Shown here: positions 27,582 to 42,834 of the stretch, piece by piece
Layout of the letters: every line of letters begins with the position of its first letter
How positions within the stretch are numbered: position 1 is the first letter of the stretch
Source of the DNA: Octopus vulgaris
Taxonomy: Eukaryota
Assembly (NCBI GenBank): GCA_951406725.2
Contig: OX597823.1
Coordinates: 92,070,001-92,134,000, forward strand
Direction: 5' to 3'
DNA length: 64,000 nt
Program-made: the position numbers and the translations under genes
The notes under the pieces: generated by a model
Seen by the model: only the letters and a program-made list of their open reading frames with translations
Databases searched by the model: none
Told to the model about the DNA's origin: nothing

Positions 27582-28982
27582 GATTGGTTTCTTTAAGTTT
27601 CGGTCTATTAAATTCCCGCACGACGTCTTGGGCAGCCGAGGCTATAGTAGAAGACAACTGCTCAAAGTACCCTGCAGTGGGACTGAACCCGGAATCATGT
27701 GGTTAGAAAGCAAAGTGCTGTTGAGAAATATTCATCTCATAGATCAAAGCCTGGATGTATGAGACAGGAAACATATATAGAATATCGGAAATGGTTGAAA
27801 CAAAGGAGGAAATGGGAAATTTTACCGGAATTATTGAAGTAAAATGGTAATCGTGTGAGCCATGGGGTCTCCCAGGCTGTTATATATAAGAGTGCAATTA
27901 AATTTCTCTTTGAAATATTAAAGTATCGCCACCTGGTGTGAATCCTCACGATACAAGTAAGGTTTTTCCATATTAAAATGGCTTCCATGTCAGCTAACTT
28001 TTTCTCAGCCAGAACATTCATTTTCATGCTCTCCAACGCTGTTGAGTGTTTAATAATAGCTCACACTTTTCCTGAAAATGAAGGCATAAAGACTATCCTC
28101 AGATGTTACCTGAACACACGGTACGTCACTCTTACTATTTTCATTACCACATTTACGGCTAGATGGATTGAGCCTGTGCATTTTAATGAATTTGATTATG
28201 GATCCTGTCTAATGAAGTTAATGAAATAAGATCTAGCTACCTTTTGGATAGTAACAGTAGTTCCATGACATCTAACTACGTCTACAATCGGTTATTGTGT
28301 TCATTTAAGTCGAAGAAATGTTTAATTGGTGAATGTGAGGTTGCTGGTGCATTCAGTATCCAATTATGTTCTGGTCCGGAACAGAAATGTGTTCTTTCTA
28401 GACCAGACATGGATAATAAAACACAACTAATTGAGTTGTTAAGGAAGTTGTATGGCAATCAGACTGCAACATTTCCAATTAGAATCTGAAGACAAATAAA
28501 CTAAATTTATGAAAATATATCATTACAACAAGTTCAAGATTCTATTAATTATGTGACAATACACTTGAAGATGCTGTCGGATTAAATTATGAAACGCTGG
28601 TTTCGTCTTCACACGTTAGTATTTGAGGTTGAATTGTCGTACAGTTTTGCTTTCGGTCATTTCGGATTAGATTTCGATCAATGGTTCTCAACAGGTGTCC
28701 TTCGTGACCCCTGAGAGTCCACAAGATTATCATGTTAAAGTTTATGAGATATATATTGGGTAGACTTCTAAAATACAAAAAGTATTTTAACAATATATAT
28801 CTTATGTGCAGGCGTGGGGGTGCGGAAAGTAGCTGGCCTCCCAACCACATGGTTCCAGGTTCAGTCCCACAGCGTGACATACTGGTCAAGTGTCCTCTAC
28901 TATAGCCTCCGGCCGAACAAAGAGTTGTGAGTGGTTATCATTGAAGGAAACTGAAAACTCATCATATATATAAATATAAGTC

Positions 28983-29042
<60 letters not shown>

Positions 29043-30439
29043 TTCCTTTATCGCTGTGTTTATGCCCCAACATAGCCCTGCAACAACCTTAATTTGAGAC
29101 TGTCGGGTACTTAGCCACTTGCGCGTTAATTTCATGAGCAGGCTACTCTGTTGATGGAATTCACTGGAACACGCATCGTCGTAACCGACGGAGTGCCAGA
29201 ATTCTTGCAAGCACGATTCAAGGTTTGAGCTGTTTTACTACGAGAACACAGGTATAACAATATACACCCCAACTGAGAGAACACACCTGTCTCAAATTCC
29301 CAATAAAAGCTTTATTAAATATTGGCTTCAACTTTTGACACAGGGCCAGCAGTTTGGGGGTCGGGCATGTCGATTACATCGAACCCAGTACTCAACTGGT
29401 ATTTATTGTTATGACCCTGAATGGGTGAAAAGCAAAGCCGTCTTCGTCGACATTTGAAACCAGAACCTGAAGACGGACGATTTGCTGCCGAGTATTTCGG
29501 CGACGTGTTAACGATTCTGCTAGTTCGACGTCTTAAATATTGCTTAGATATTCACACTAGTTTTAGGCATTTTATTGTCCACATGCGCGTTGTAGGAAAA
29601 AGACTAGAAGTTATATTGGTTATAGAGAATTTATTACAGTGTGCCAGAGAAATTCGTCCTGTATTTTATGTGGTCATCGGTATGACGCCCATAACGTTGG
29701 GCGGATTTTAATGGCGGTTTCATATTGAAATTTTATCGTTTTATTTAGTTACCATTATCGTTTGGAATGGTGAAAACTGTGGGATTGTTATTGAAACGTT
29801 TGCTTTCGCGTAAAATGTGTTTATATCGTCGCATCCTCAACTGTACCTGCTCATACATAGTGTGATAAGAAATGTTTCTGATGTATGATAAATATTGGCT
29901 TAAAATTTTCTAACGATATCATCAATTTCGGCGGGGGGGGTAAAGTCAGTTATATCGACTCCAATATTTGACAGGTACTTAACGTATTTGATGTCCTAAA
30001 ACCTTAGGTTATGACTGTGTAAAAGAAATTACTACTATAATAATGTTGTAATTCCTTCGCTTATATGTATAACTTTATGTTATTACTGGTAATTATAAGC
30101 AATTTATTGCATCCACATCCGATATAAACATAACGTAGGTGATTGTTCACCAATAGATGGCAGCATACGTTCTGTAAATATACATACCACTTCGAGCTTA
30201 CATTATGTTTATTGGGCGGGGGGCGCTCTAAAGCCATTTTGTAGTAAGAAAAAAAGGTGCGTCCTATAAGCCATTAAATAAGATATTCTACCGACCACGA
30301 GAGGATGAGTGATTAAGTCGATCTCGGTAGAATTTGAACTCAGAACAAAAATACAGACGACATGCCGCTGTCCATTTTGTTCAGCATAGTAACAACTCAG
30401 CCAATTCACTGCCTTATATCTGATAAATACTAAAAAAGG

Positions 30440-30547
<108 letters not shown>

Positions 30548-30755
30548 CGTTTTGGGATTTGGTTTCAAGATTCTTTGTGTGTTAAAGCATATTCTGTTGT
30601 GTCTGGGGAGAGTCATTTTCTTTTTGTGCCTTATTATGTAACACACTCACCGGTAGAGTCAAGACTATTCAAAAAGTTGCCAGACGCAACAAAAATTTGG
30701 TGAGTGTGTTAAATTATAAGGCACAAAAAGAAAATGACTCTCCGCAGGCACAACA

Positions 30756-30808
<53 letters not shown>

Positions 30809-30832
30809 GAGAAAGAGAGGGAGAGGGAGAGA

Positions 30833-31034
30833 GAGTAATCCCTCGCCATATCACGGCTCGCTTATCGCGCACTCACTACATCACAGAAGTTTCTGGCTAA
30901 TATATTTAAATTTATATCGCGGAATCCTCGGTGTACCTTGGGTTTCTGCGGCCGACAGTTATTTTGCTTTTAATTTCTATTATTTCTTTGCTGGGCTTTG
31001 GAACGTAAAACCCGCGATAGTCGAGGGATTACTG
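30833..31034. mobile_element. Tc1/pogo-type MITE
   Basis: TIRs agtaatccctcg / cgagggattactg followed by TA. Confidence 0.75.
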
Positions 31035-31242
31035 TATATACATGTAAACGTAAGTCAGAATATGCAGGAGGATATCTCTTGAGTTGTGAATACCATAGTG
31101 TTGCGTTTCTGATTTCTTGGGAGATGAAATATGGGTGATCATGTGAAACATGGCTTAAAAATGTTGTTTTCGATATATATTCATTTTGTGATGTTACAAT
31201 TGAAACTGTTTATGTATATGTGCAGAAGCGATATACATACAT

Positions 31243-31477
31243 AAGGCAGCAAGCTGACAGGAACATTAGCACGCCGGGCGAAAATGCGTAGCAGTATTTC
31301 GTCCGCCGTTACGTTCTGAGTTCAAATTCCGCCGAGGTCGACTTTGCTTTTCATCCTTTCGGCGTCGATCAATTAAGTACCAGTTACGCACTGAGCTCGA
31401 TATAATCGACTTAATCCGTTTGTCTGTCCTTGTTTGTCCTCTCTTTGTTTAGCCCCTTGTGGGTAGTAAAGAAATAG
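31243..31477 (+). mobile_element. SINE family B monomer
   Basis: Full head, body and tail; flanked by tatacatacata. Further decayed copies near 3605-3872, 7975-8190, 21330-21530, 29320-29535, 37600-37750, 39580-39870, 47030-47425, 48360-48570, 58425-58945. Confidence 0.85.
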
Positions 31478-31981
31478 TTATATACATACATACATACACA
31501 TATGCAATCACACACACACATATATATAGATAAATGTATGTATGCGTCTGTGAGTCTGCGAGTCTCTATATGTTTTTCTGTGTGCTTGTATGTTTACCAC
31601 ACCTGTGTGAATGTATATTCAAACATGCTACATTCTATTTTAGAAAACTAGCTAGACGTATGAGATACAGCGCACGGAATTCAATTTTCCCTTGAAAAGA
31701 AGGATATATCAGAGCAGTCACAAACGAAGTTGTTTTTTGTGCTTCTCTTTGAAGCTAGATATCTTAGAAAAATCTCAGACTTAAATTGGGATACACGGTG
31801 ACGATAAAATAATCATAGCAACCAACACGAAAACACATTAAATGTTTGAATCCTTAAGCTTTCCGAAAGAACATTTAACTGCAGAATTATTGGATTAAGC
31901 AGACACTATCTTTTGTGTTCGGTTTGCGTCAATAATTCACCTGTAATTGAGTACTTAAAATGGAACGATATATTTTTCTTA

Positions 31982-32035
<54 letters not shown>

Positions 32036-32149
32036 CCTCTCTCTCTTTCTCTTTCAAAAATATATTTCTTTAACGTTTTGCTAATATACAGTTTTAGGCA
32101 TTCTGATATTAATGATGAAACTACGTAAATAAATAAACGAGAAACAGTT

Positions 32150-32246
32150 TTGTTATTGCTAAATGTTATTGTTGTTACTATTGTTGTTATTATTATTGTT
32201 ATCATCATAATTATTATCATCATCATCATCATCATTATTATTATTA

Positions 32247-32296
<50 letters not shown>

Positions 32297-32346
32297 GTTA
32301 TTATTATTATCATTATTGTTATTATTATTGTTGTTATTATTACTAA

Positions 32347-32400
<54 letters not shown>

Positions 32401-32510
32401 CATTATTACTAATATTATTATTATTATTATTATCATTATTATCATCATCATCATTATTATTATTATTATTGTTATTATTATTATTATCATTATTATTATC
32501 ATCATCATCA

Positions 32511-32542
<32 letters not shown>

Positions 32543-32574
32543 GTTATTATCATTATTATTGTTATTATTACTAA

Positions 32575-32625
<51 letters not shown>

Positions 32626-32780
32626 CATTATTAATAATATTATTATTATTATTATTATCATTATTATCATCATCATCATTATTATTATTATTATTGTTAT
32701 TATTATTATTATCATTATTATTATCATCATCATCATCATTATTATTATTATTATTATTATTATTGTTATTATCATTATTA

Positions 32781-32853
<73 letters not shown>

Positions 32854-32923
32854 TAACATTATTATCATTATTAATATCATCATCATCATCATTATCGCGG
32901 ACATTTTTGTTGTTGTTGTTGTT

Positions 32924-32954
<31 letters not shown>

Positions 32955-32960
32955 TTGTTA
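32150..32960. repeat. (ATT/ATC)n microsatellite with higher-order duplication
   Basis: Direct reading; the variant-triplet pattern recurs with a ~225-bp period. Confidence 0.95.
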
Positions 32961-33082
32961 CTTTCTGGTTTAAACAGATTCTATGAAATTCAATTTTGTA
33001 AAGAAATCAACTCCTGATGCTTCCATCCTTAGGGGGAAAACGGAATCATTTAATAGGCACAGGATGCCATTTCATATATTGA

Positions 33083-33129
<47 letters not shown>

Positions 33130-34004
33130 ATACTACTACTACTGCATTTGCTGCTAATGCTGTTGCTACTGCTGTTGCTGCTGCTGATATGAAGACGATG
33201 ATAACAGAGGGAATAATGGTTTTAAATGTTATCAAAGAGGATGGACCCCATTATCCTCATCTTCACTACCATTGCCATCATCAGCATCATGGCCACATCA
33301 CCATCATCATCATCATCGTCGTCATCACCATCACGTCATCGTCATCAGCATCGTCATCTTCAACGTCAACATTATTACCTCCCTGGTCATCCACATTATG
33401 AATACCCTTTTTCCCGATCCCCCCCACACACACACCTCACCGGCACGCAATATTTCCATCCATTCTTCATCTACAACTGTATTCCCAGTCGCCAAAAACC
33501 CATCAGACTCCATAGAAAGTCGAGTCAAGACATAACAGATCGTTCACGACTGGAAAATCTTTCTTTCCAAATACATTCTGCAATGGTCTTTTCTCCAAAC
33601 GTTTTGCATTACGTCATTCTCTTTCTCTGAGGTTGGTTTCATGCTTGGAGCGTCCCGTCCAAAAGAATCTCGTTGTTGCAATTCCGTTGCTTCATTTCTA
33701 TATTTTATTCTTTAATTGTTTTAGTGTTTTAGTCATAAGACTGCGGCCATGCAGGGGCACCGCTTTGAAAAAATTTTAGTCGAATGAATCGACCCCCAAG
33801 TACTTATTCCATTGGTATCCTTTGTTGAATTGCTAGGTGACGGGCATATAAACACACCAACACCGGTTGTCAGGCACTCGTGGGGTACAAACACAGACAA
33901 AGAGACGCCCAGGCATACACAAACACACATGAACACACATACGTACATACATAACACATATATTACACGCACACACACATACGCACACGTACATGTGTAT
34001 ATAT

Positions 34005-34345
34005 ATTAGTTTCAATGTTCATCCAAGGCTGGGACCACGGGCTATACGTCTCCTGCCCAATTCAGGATCACAGCATATAGGTACACTGCAACGTAATTTA
34101 TTTTCCTCAACAGGCCCTGCCCTGTTTAACATTGTCCCGAAAGAGATCAAAGAGGAAAAGGATCCTATCTGGACAGATTTCTTCAAGGAATACCGGATAA
34201 GCCACCCATACCTGGATACAATTCACTCAACAAGATCTCACTACTTGAATGGACCATAAACAAAACTTGACTTAAACGGGATTTAGATAATCCTTTCAGG
34301 TGGTGCTATTAAGTTAGACATGGCCTGGACCAACCTTTGGTCGAA
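34005..34345 (+). mobile_element. CR1/L2-group LINE 3' end
   Basis: FNVHPRLGPRA...FSSTGPALFNIVPKEIK resembles the GP.LFN.LP C-terminal motif of the other copies. Confidence 0.6.
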
Positions 34346-34689
34346 ACATATCAAGTTTTATCTAAGTTATATATATATATATATATATATACACGACGGG
34401 CTTCTTTCAGTTTCCGTCAACCAGACTTACTCACAAGGCTCAGATTGGTCCAAGGCAAAAGTAGAAGACACCTGCCCTAGGTGGAAGGTACAGATTTTGG
34501 ACTTGGTAAGTTGACATCACTGAAGAATATCAGAGCCTCATGTCCCAGAGCTTTAAATCTCTCTCTCTCTCTCTCTCTCTCTGCCGATACTTAATTAAAC
34601 AGCATAAAATTGTCTTTGAGTGCAAAGATTACCCGATTTCCACAGCGTATAAATGACTAAGATCATAAAACTCCCTGAAACGAAACATT

Positions 34690-35066
34690 CTTTTCTACTC
34701 TAGGCACAAGGCCCAAACTTTTGGGGTAGTGGGCCAGTACGTAACTGGTACTTAATTTATCGACCCAGAAATGATGAAAGGCAAAGTCAACCTCGGTGGA
34801 ATTTGAACTCAGAACGTACAGGCAAGAGAAATACCTATTTCTTTACTACCCACAAAGGGTTAAACACAGAGGACAAACAAGGACAGACAAACGGATTAAA
34901 TCGATTATATCGACCCCAGTGCGTAAATTGTACTTAGTTAATTCACCCCGAAAAGATGAAAGGCAAAGTCGACCTCGGCGGAATTTGAACTCAGAACGTA
35001 ACGGCAGACGAAATACCGTTAAGCATTTCGCCCGGCGCGCTAACGTTTCTGCCAGCTCACCACCTT
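34690..35066 (-). mobile_element. SINE family B, dimer with two different tails
   Basis: TSD cctga(a/t)acgaaacatt at 34674-34689 and 35067-35082; the internal unit has the long tail, the terminal unit the short ggccttgtgcct.gagtagaaaagaat tail. Confidence 0.85.
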
Positions 35067-35635
35067 CCTGATACGAAACATTGCGAGGTCCACGGCTAGC
35101 TATTTTGTGGGGAGGGGTCTAGTTAATTACATTAACTCCTGTACCCATCGAACCCGAAAGGATGAAGGGCAAATGTGACCGCGACGGGATTTGATCTCAG
35201 GACGTTAAGAACCGGAAGAAATGTGGCTAACCATTTTTTTTCGACGCTCTAAAGATTCTGGCACCATTATTGACATTATGCTGCTATTTATGCTTTGCTT
35301 TGTATTTCTTGAGAATCTGAATATTTCATTAGTATATGGTGTAGAGAAACTAGAAATAATCGGATAGAATTCACTGTTTGTCCTTTTCCATTGCTCCTGT
35401 CGATATCTAATCGATGGTGAGCTCTGATAGACACTTTTTCGGATTTCTACGACAGCATTGTTGTATGCGGTCTGCTTCTCTTAAACTATTTTGAATGTGG
35501 AAAGCACACACTATATCGGAGCGATGTGGTGTGTGGTATAATCGCTGTAGTGACTCAGATGGACGTTAAATACAAGTGTATGAAGAAATTATATCTCTAG
35601 CTATTTCACACAATCATATCTTCTAACGATGTGTG

Positions 35636-35790
35636 AGTGGCTGTGTGGTAGGAAGCATGCTTCCCAACCACATGGTTCCGGGTTCAGTCCCACTGAGTGG
35701 CACTTTGGGAAAGTGTCTTCTACTATAGCCTCTGACCGGCCAAAGCATTTTCAGTGGATTTGGTAGACAAAAGCTGAAAGAAACCCGTCG

Positions 35791-35865
<75 letters not shown>

Positions 35866-36090
35866 GTGTGTGTGTATGTGTGTGTGTGTACTTGTGTGTT
35901 TGTATTTGTACCCTGGCCATTGCTTCACAACCAATGTTGGTGTGTTTACTTCCCGTAACTTAGCGTTTCAGCAAAAGCGACCGATAAAATAAGTACTAGG
36001 CTTAGAACGAATAATTCCTGCGATCGATTTGTTCGACCATAGGCGGTTCTCCATCATGGCCGCAGTCAATGACTGAAACAAATAAAAGAA
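35636..36090 (+). mobile_element. SINE family C, near full-length
   Basis: A box gtggctgtgtggta, B box gggttcagtccc, internal (TA)n/(TG)n, conserved tail. Confidence 0.85.
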
Positions 36091-36799
36091 TATTTTCATT
36101 CTTAATAGGTTTTGTTAAATTCGAACATGAAAATGCTAATCGCTGTTGCATCGGCGATGCGATGTGAGTTCAATGGTGAGAGGTGACAATGAGGTACAGC
36201 AATGTTTCGATATACTTTTGTCTCTTCAGTTAAAGCTCCCTCAAACCAGGATTGTAGTTTTTTAACTTTTATCTTTTACTTGGTGGAGTCATTAGTATGT
36301 GGCCATGCTGGTGCACCACCTCGAAGTATTTTTAGTTGAATGAATCGATTCCAGAACTTAGTTTAGTTTTTAAACCTGGTACTTTCTCCATCGGTCTCTT
36401 TTGACGAACCTCTAAATTACGGAACGTAAACACACCAGCACCTGTTTTCAAAGAGATATGCACACACATACGACGAAAACGTTTTTTTATTTTCTGTTTC
36501 TGTCTACCAAATCCACTCAAAAGGCATTGGTTGGCCCGAGGCTATAGTAGAAGACCCTTGCCCAAGGTATTATGCAATGGGAATGAAACCTGAACCCTGT
36601 AGCTTGGAAAACAATTTCTACCAAACAGCCAAGCCTGCACCTATGATCAATTATTTTATAAACAAATTATATTTAACAAAACAATTTGCTAAGTAGATAT
36701 TCAAATAAGTGTGTGGATATGTTGTCAGGTTAACAGGCGATCGACAAAGCATCTTGCTTCATGTATATCACACTTGAACAGTGACATGTACAGTTCCAA

Positions 36800-37030
36800 A
36801 CTTTAAAACTATTTAGTAAATGAGGCATTGTATACTGATGTCGGTCGCTATATTCAGTGCATTTATTCAATCCACCATAACAATAGTCAATAATAAGTGT
36901 CGCTGCTGTAAGCAAGCCAAGCGCTATAGTTTCCACGAGTATTTCATTAGCGTATGTTGCCGAAGTTAGGTCTTTCTGTGTACGAAACTCCTCCATTATG
37001 AGCTGACAATATGATCCACGTCCACCAATT
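36800..37030 (-). mobile_element. Possible Tc1-like transposase relic
   Basis: GGRGS...GGVSYTER, frameshift, then LTSATYANEIL, resembling GGGSVMVWGGISY.....LT...Y..EIL. Confidence 0.3.
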
Positions 37031-38462
37031 ATATAACCACCATACTAAAGCTATCTCATTTTGAATGCTATAGAATTACAACTTGACTATATTTAATTGG
37101 TGTTACATACATATTTTCATTGAGGTGCATGGCCTGCAAAAGTAAGATTTAATTAATAGATCAATGACATTATCGATTCTGGAATAATTGAAACCTATGC
37201 AATGCAATGCCAGCTTGGTAACTTCGCCGAAAAACTGTTGATCATGTTAAGTTATCGTTACACAAGTCAGCGCCTGTAATCGACTTGCCAGCCGACTGTT
37301 ATTACGTTTAGAATATCATGTAAATGATAGGCATTGAATAATAAAGAATAATAACTATCAAGTGAAATATATCTTCGCCTATGCATAATTTGGACAGAAG
37401 TTTGATGTAGTATTAAGTTATACACAGGCCTGACAATATAAAGTCACATGTATGACTATCTTCGTCGAAATACAGAAAATATGATCATTAATATACAGAA
37501 GGAGAAATATATTTGAATATTGTTAAAGTAAGAACTGGGAAATATATTATTTATTTTTCTCTATTCATTGCTGTGTAAAGTCTATTGGTGTATAGTGGTT
37601 TCAAAATTTGGAACAAGGCCAGCAAGTTGTGGTGAGTGGATAAGTCGATTACACTGACCCCCAGTGCTCAACTGGTACTTATTTTATTGACCATAATAGG
37701 ATGAATGGTGAAGTCGATCTCGGGGGGATTTGAGACCCAGAACGTAAAGACATGGGCAGCGATATGAACGAAGGGAAAGTCAAATACTTCAACCCCGGTG
37801 CTGCGAATGTGTGGCTTATTTGGAAAGCATTTACATTAGAAATAGCACTATGTTTTATAAATGTATTGGGCCTTATAAATGAAGTCTAGGCTTTTAAAAT
37901 GAAAGCTGAATGACAGAAGTCAATCTTAGAAATCCTTAACAAATGAAAACTCGAGCACGAATTCTCTAATACGTTATCAAGAACAAAAGAGAAAAAAAGA
38001 AGTGTAAAAGTTTGTCATATGACCAGCAAATTCGGGCTTTCAAAGAGTTTCCGTCTAACAAATCAAATCACAAGGCATTGCTCGGCCCGGTGTTATAATC
38101 GAAGATACTGATCTCAAAAGCCGCGCTGTGGGACGAAACTCGAAACCCTGTGACTGCAAAAGCGAACTACTTAACCACACAGCCACATATACACCGATAT
38201 CGATGCTGAAGCATATTTTTCAGTTCAAAGTATCAAGTAATTATTCTCATACATCCACATTTTGTCTCATCAAACCGAATTTCAAACACCAGACTGTGCG
38301 TTTTCTTTTATAGTTTAGCAAAAATATTTTTGATGTCAGTGTATTTTCATGTATGCAGCGACATACAAAACGCTGACACAACACTTTCTTTTTTTCTTTC
38401 TTTCTTCATTTTCTTTTATTCTTTTCTTTCCTTCCTGGTTTGTTAGTTTCTGCATTTTACAG

Positions 38463-38519
38463 ACTCGCAATTACGCTCGACCCCGAGGTGGCACCGGATT
38501 ACATATTCTCGGATCTAAG
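38463..38519 (+). CDS. Candidate internal exon (57 nt); phase 0 reads TRNYARPRGGTGLHILGSK
   Basis: Long polypyrimidine tract ending ttttacag|, donor AAG|GTGAGT; length divisible by 3; non-repetitive and GC-richer than flanks. A phase-2 reading (LAITLDPEVAPDYIFSDL) is also open. Confidence 0.6.
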
Positions 38520-39118
38520 GTGAGTGACCTCTTGTATTTCCTGTTCACCAGGTAGTTTACCAACGTTCTTCTGCGTCCGTCATCGTTTTGTTACCGTTGT
38601 TTACATGCCAAAGGAGGAACGAAGCCAAAGAAATACAGAGAAGAATTTGACAAGCAATGGATTAAATATGTTAAAATCGTGTTATGAGGAGAGAAAGCAA
38701 ACAAAAAGGTTACCTATGAATATATGGATTGATTTACAATATGGCGATGATCATTTCGAAGACAATGATGCCGATGACGACGGAAGTGGTGGTGGAGGTG
38801 GTGATGATGCTGATTGTTGCGGATTGTGAAGGGGATGTGGACGGTGGGGGAAGAGATTTCTGTGAAGAAATATATAAAAAGGAAAGGAAACTGGAATGCT
38901 TCTTTCGATGTTCAAGAATACAATTACAAGGAAGACGACGATGGCGGAGGCGATGACAAGAGGGATGATGATGCCGATGATGATAAAAATGATGATGCCG
39001 ATGATGATGATGACGGTGGTGTTGAAGATGGTGGTGGTGATGATGATGATGATGATGGTGAAAGTTGTGTGGTACTTGCACCGTCGCACTCTGGGTCCGG
39101 CCAATTCAGGTACATTAG

Positions 39119-39186
<68 letters not shown>

Positions 39187-39409
39187 AGCTACTACTACTA
39201 TTACTTTCAATTTTGCTCAAATTCTTAATAGTTTCAATTTTTTAAAGAAGAAGAAGAAGAAGAAGAAGAAGAAGAAGAAGAAGAAGAAGAAGAAGAAGAA
39301 GACGAATGGTCACAACACAGCTACATGAAGGAATTGGTGAAGCTGAATAGATTCAAGTTGAGTATGTGTGTGGGGGGGGGGTCAATCTCATCAGGGACAC
39401 AAACGTTGT

Positions 39410-39560
39410 GAGCGTAATATGGGAATAGTGGAATGGACAAAGGAGGAATTGGTCAGTAGGAACAGAAGAGCTAGAAAAATAATGGTCAGACATTGATGTC
39501 TTCATACCTGAAGAAATATTGCAATGCTTTAACTACCAAGGATAGATGGAAGAAAAAAGA
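39410..39560 (+). mobile_element. R4/Dong-like non-LTR fragment
   Basis: GIVEWTKEELVSRNRRARKIMVRH*CLHT*RNIAML*LPRIDGR resembles W..EEL..LDRKTRK.M......HP...V.RLYLPR.EGGRG of R4-clade elements. Confidence 0.55.
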
Positions 39561-40885
39561 AGTAAGAAAAAAGAGCAGAGTGTTTGCCGAGGAATTTGAG
39601 CATCACGCAAAAAATTTAGTTCGGGATTTGTTTTCGCTCTCTGCGTTTTAAATTCAAATTCCAAGAAAGCCAAACGTGCCTTTCATTTATTCGCGGTCGA
39701 TAAAATAAAGTACTCGTGAAGAACTGTGGTCAGTTGTATCGATTATTCCACTTCTCAAAAACTGCTGGCCTTCTTCTAAGACGTCAAAGTCAAGGCCAGG
39801 TTTGCCTTTTAGCTGATTGGGGATGAAAAGAATAAAGTATCAGTCAAGTACGGAAGTCGATGGTTTCAGTTAGTGTCCAACTCTCAAAACTATTTGATTT
39901 GTACCTAAACCTGAAATTATTGCTATTTCGACATCCATCGCAGCAGATTTTGCCAGTAATTTCTTCATAATCGTTGTTACCAACTCAAATATGCTTGAGG
40001 CATATTCGAACTTGTAGGAAGGCCAGTCACGGTATTTAGTGATGGCGAAAAACACTCGCTGCTGACAAATAGGTATAAACTTATGAAGTTTGAAGCGTTG
40101 CGTAGCCAGATTGATGAATGAATGTATTTCGGTGTCATTATCTCCTCTTCAGGATCGAACAATAGAAAAACGAAGCGCTCCGAAATGACAACAAATGACT
40201 AGGTCTTACTTATCATCTCCCAGTCAAGGTACTGTGACTGGTTGCACTAATTAGAAAACCGAAACACCTTTCTTTCTAGAATTCTATGGTGAAGAGGAGA
40301 TAACCACTCTTAAAAAGCATGTGTCAATCGATATGAGTACCGGGTTCTCCGGACTGATTTGGAGTGTTTTTAGCATTTTGTCTACGGAAAGAATTTTTCT
40401 CCATCACAAAATGAGTGAACGATTTTGTTACAGGTTTGAATTTGTCTCAAGATTATTTGAACTGGTGACAAGTGATTACTGGTACACATAATTACTTATC
40501 GCTTCTAATCCGATAGGTTAAAGAACCAGTTATGAATTAGGGCAGCTGGTTTCGATTATAACCTCTCCTGAAAACTTTTGGCTTCATACCTAATTTAGAA
40601 ACACAATATTATCTCATTTCTCCAACCAACAATAATGCCAACGTAACATTCCGATGCCTGATGAATGAGGTACGAAGTTGTTTACTGGGCGGCGACAGTG
40701 ATGACATCGCAGATAACAATAAGGAGAGATATAGTTCTCCAAAAACCTGCCAAGACACGTATAAACTATATGTTTATGCCTGGCTTTCATTGCTTTCCAT
40801 CTCTATACTTATCTAATCATACAAGTACATACGCGCACGGAAACACGCACAGACACACACGCATACATACACCTGCGTATATATT

Positions 40886-40980
<95 letters not shown>

Positions 40981-41318
40981 CAAGAATCTACGTATACTTA
41001 CATATGCATGCATTCAAATATATTATGTATATATTTATATGTATATATTTACATACGCATGGATATATATATTTATGTGTGTGCGTGTATGTAAGTATGT
41101 ATATATATATGTACGTATGTATACATATATTAAATGTATTTATATGTATACATATATTAAATGTATTTATATTTATGTAACTGTGTGTGTAATATCACTC
41201 TCTTCTCTCTCTCTCTCTATCTGTGTCTATCTACGTTCTCATTCGTGTATATGTGTATATCCGATATGTCTATATATACATACATACATACACACATAAT
41301 ACATGCATACATACATAT

Positions 41319-41362
<44 letters not shown>

Positions 41363-42780
41363 GTGCATGTAAATGTATAATAAACTCTGTTGCACACAGG
41401 ATATACTATAATAAGATATTCACACACGCATATTTCTATGAATATTGCATGAAATGTTTTGGCTGCTGACCAGAAATATAACAACATTTTGGGAAAAGCA
41501 TCAACGATAGTAAAAGAACCGAGCGAGTTTGGGGAGTACGAAGATGGTGTCGATAAAAATTAGCAGTGCAATTGCAGAAAAGCACATGCTTGCTCCTGCC
41601 AATAGCAAAAATGTTAAAATATAATTAGATTTTGCTAAACGATGCTTGCGGCTCCGAAAAATATATTTGTATTTATATATTTGTTCATTTATATATTTCA
41701 TGTTCGCCTTAATATGAAAGTAAAAATTCGAGCTGGAAATAAACATACAACACTATTAAATGTATTTAAAATAAATATATACATTTAAAGAACCTTCGCT
41801 GAATTAAGTTGACGAATGTTCAAACCCTAGGCTTAACTGCAATTGGTCTGGTAATTTTTATCTTTTCTAATATTGATTTTGTAAGATTTAAATACGTTAT
41901 CTTACGAATTTCTTTCATTTATTTTTGTATCATGTAATTTCGCATAACATTTCGAGATGGAAAAGCTCCTGCCTCTGGCCTCTTTGTTGCATTGTAACAT
42001 AGAATCATGTGTTATTCGGATGGTCACGGAAATAGCGCTATATAAATATTTCACACTGCAAATAGGAAACACTTTATGCTTATTTATAAATATTTAATTA
42101 AGTAGGTGTATGTGTATGCTTGTGTCTGTGTATATGCCCGTGTATACGCGTATGCGTGCCTGATTATCTGTGTACGTGCATGCGTTTCAATTCTACAAAT
42201 GCAAACTAGTAAGAAAGTGCACATTAAATTGGGAATCTGTTTCAAGTATTTGTAGAAAATGTGCGACTCAGGCCATACTGTAGCTATTCAGAGTTCCACT
42301 TTCAGCTGATGGCTGAGCCCTAATTCTGAGAAAGACAGTTCTACAATGTCTTGCTGATGAAATTACATAAATGATTTATTTATATTGATCAAATATAGGA
42401 GCGGTTTATTACCTCCAACAAATCGATTAGTTTTGAAGAGAGGTGCACAGTTTACCACATATCAGGGGTCGAAATGATGGCTGAAGAAACTGAGACGAAA
42501 AGCTTTAATCAAGGACTTTACGCATCACCCAAACCAGGAAATGAAACCACGACCTCGCATGCAGCAAAAGAGTTACTAGGCCATGCCTTTATATGCGTAT
42601 GTGTGTATATACGTATACACACATATAGATGTATATACATATATTTTGAACGTGTCAGGCTTATAGAGGTATATACTCTATACCATCCTGTACGGGGTTT
42701 GTATACACCACAGAAATCGGAACATCCTGTTTTATGAGAATGTGGGTGCCGAAGGACCTTGGAAAATGTTTCTATAACAT

Positions 42781-42834
<54 letters not shown>

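Noticed and set aside
39870-40260. RT-like or genic ORFs on the minus strand
   Set aside because: No diagnostic motif and no convincing splice signals.
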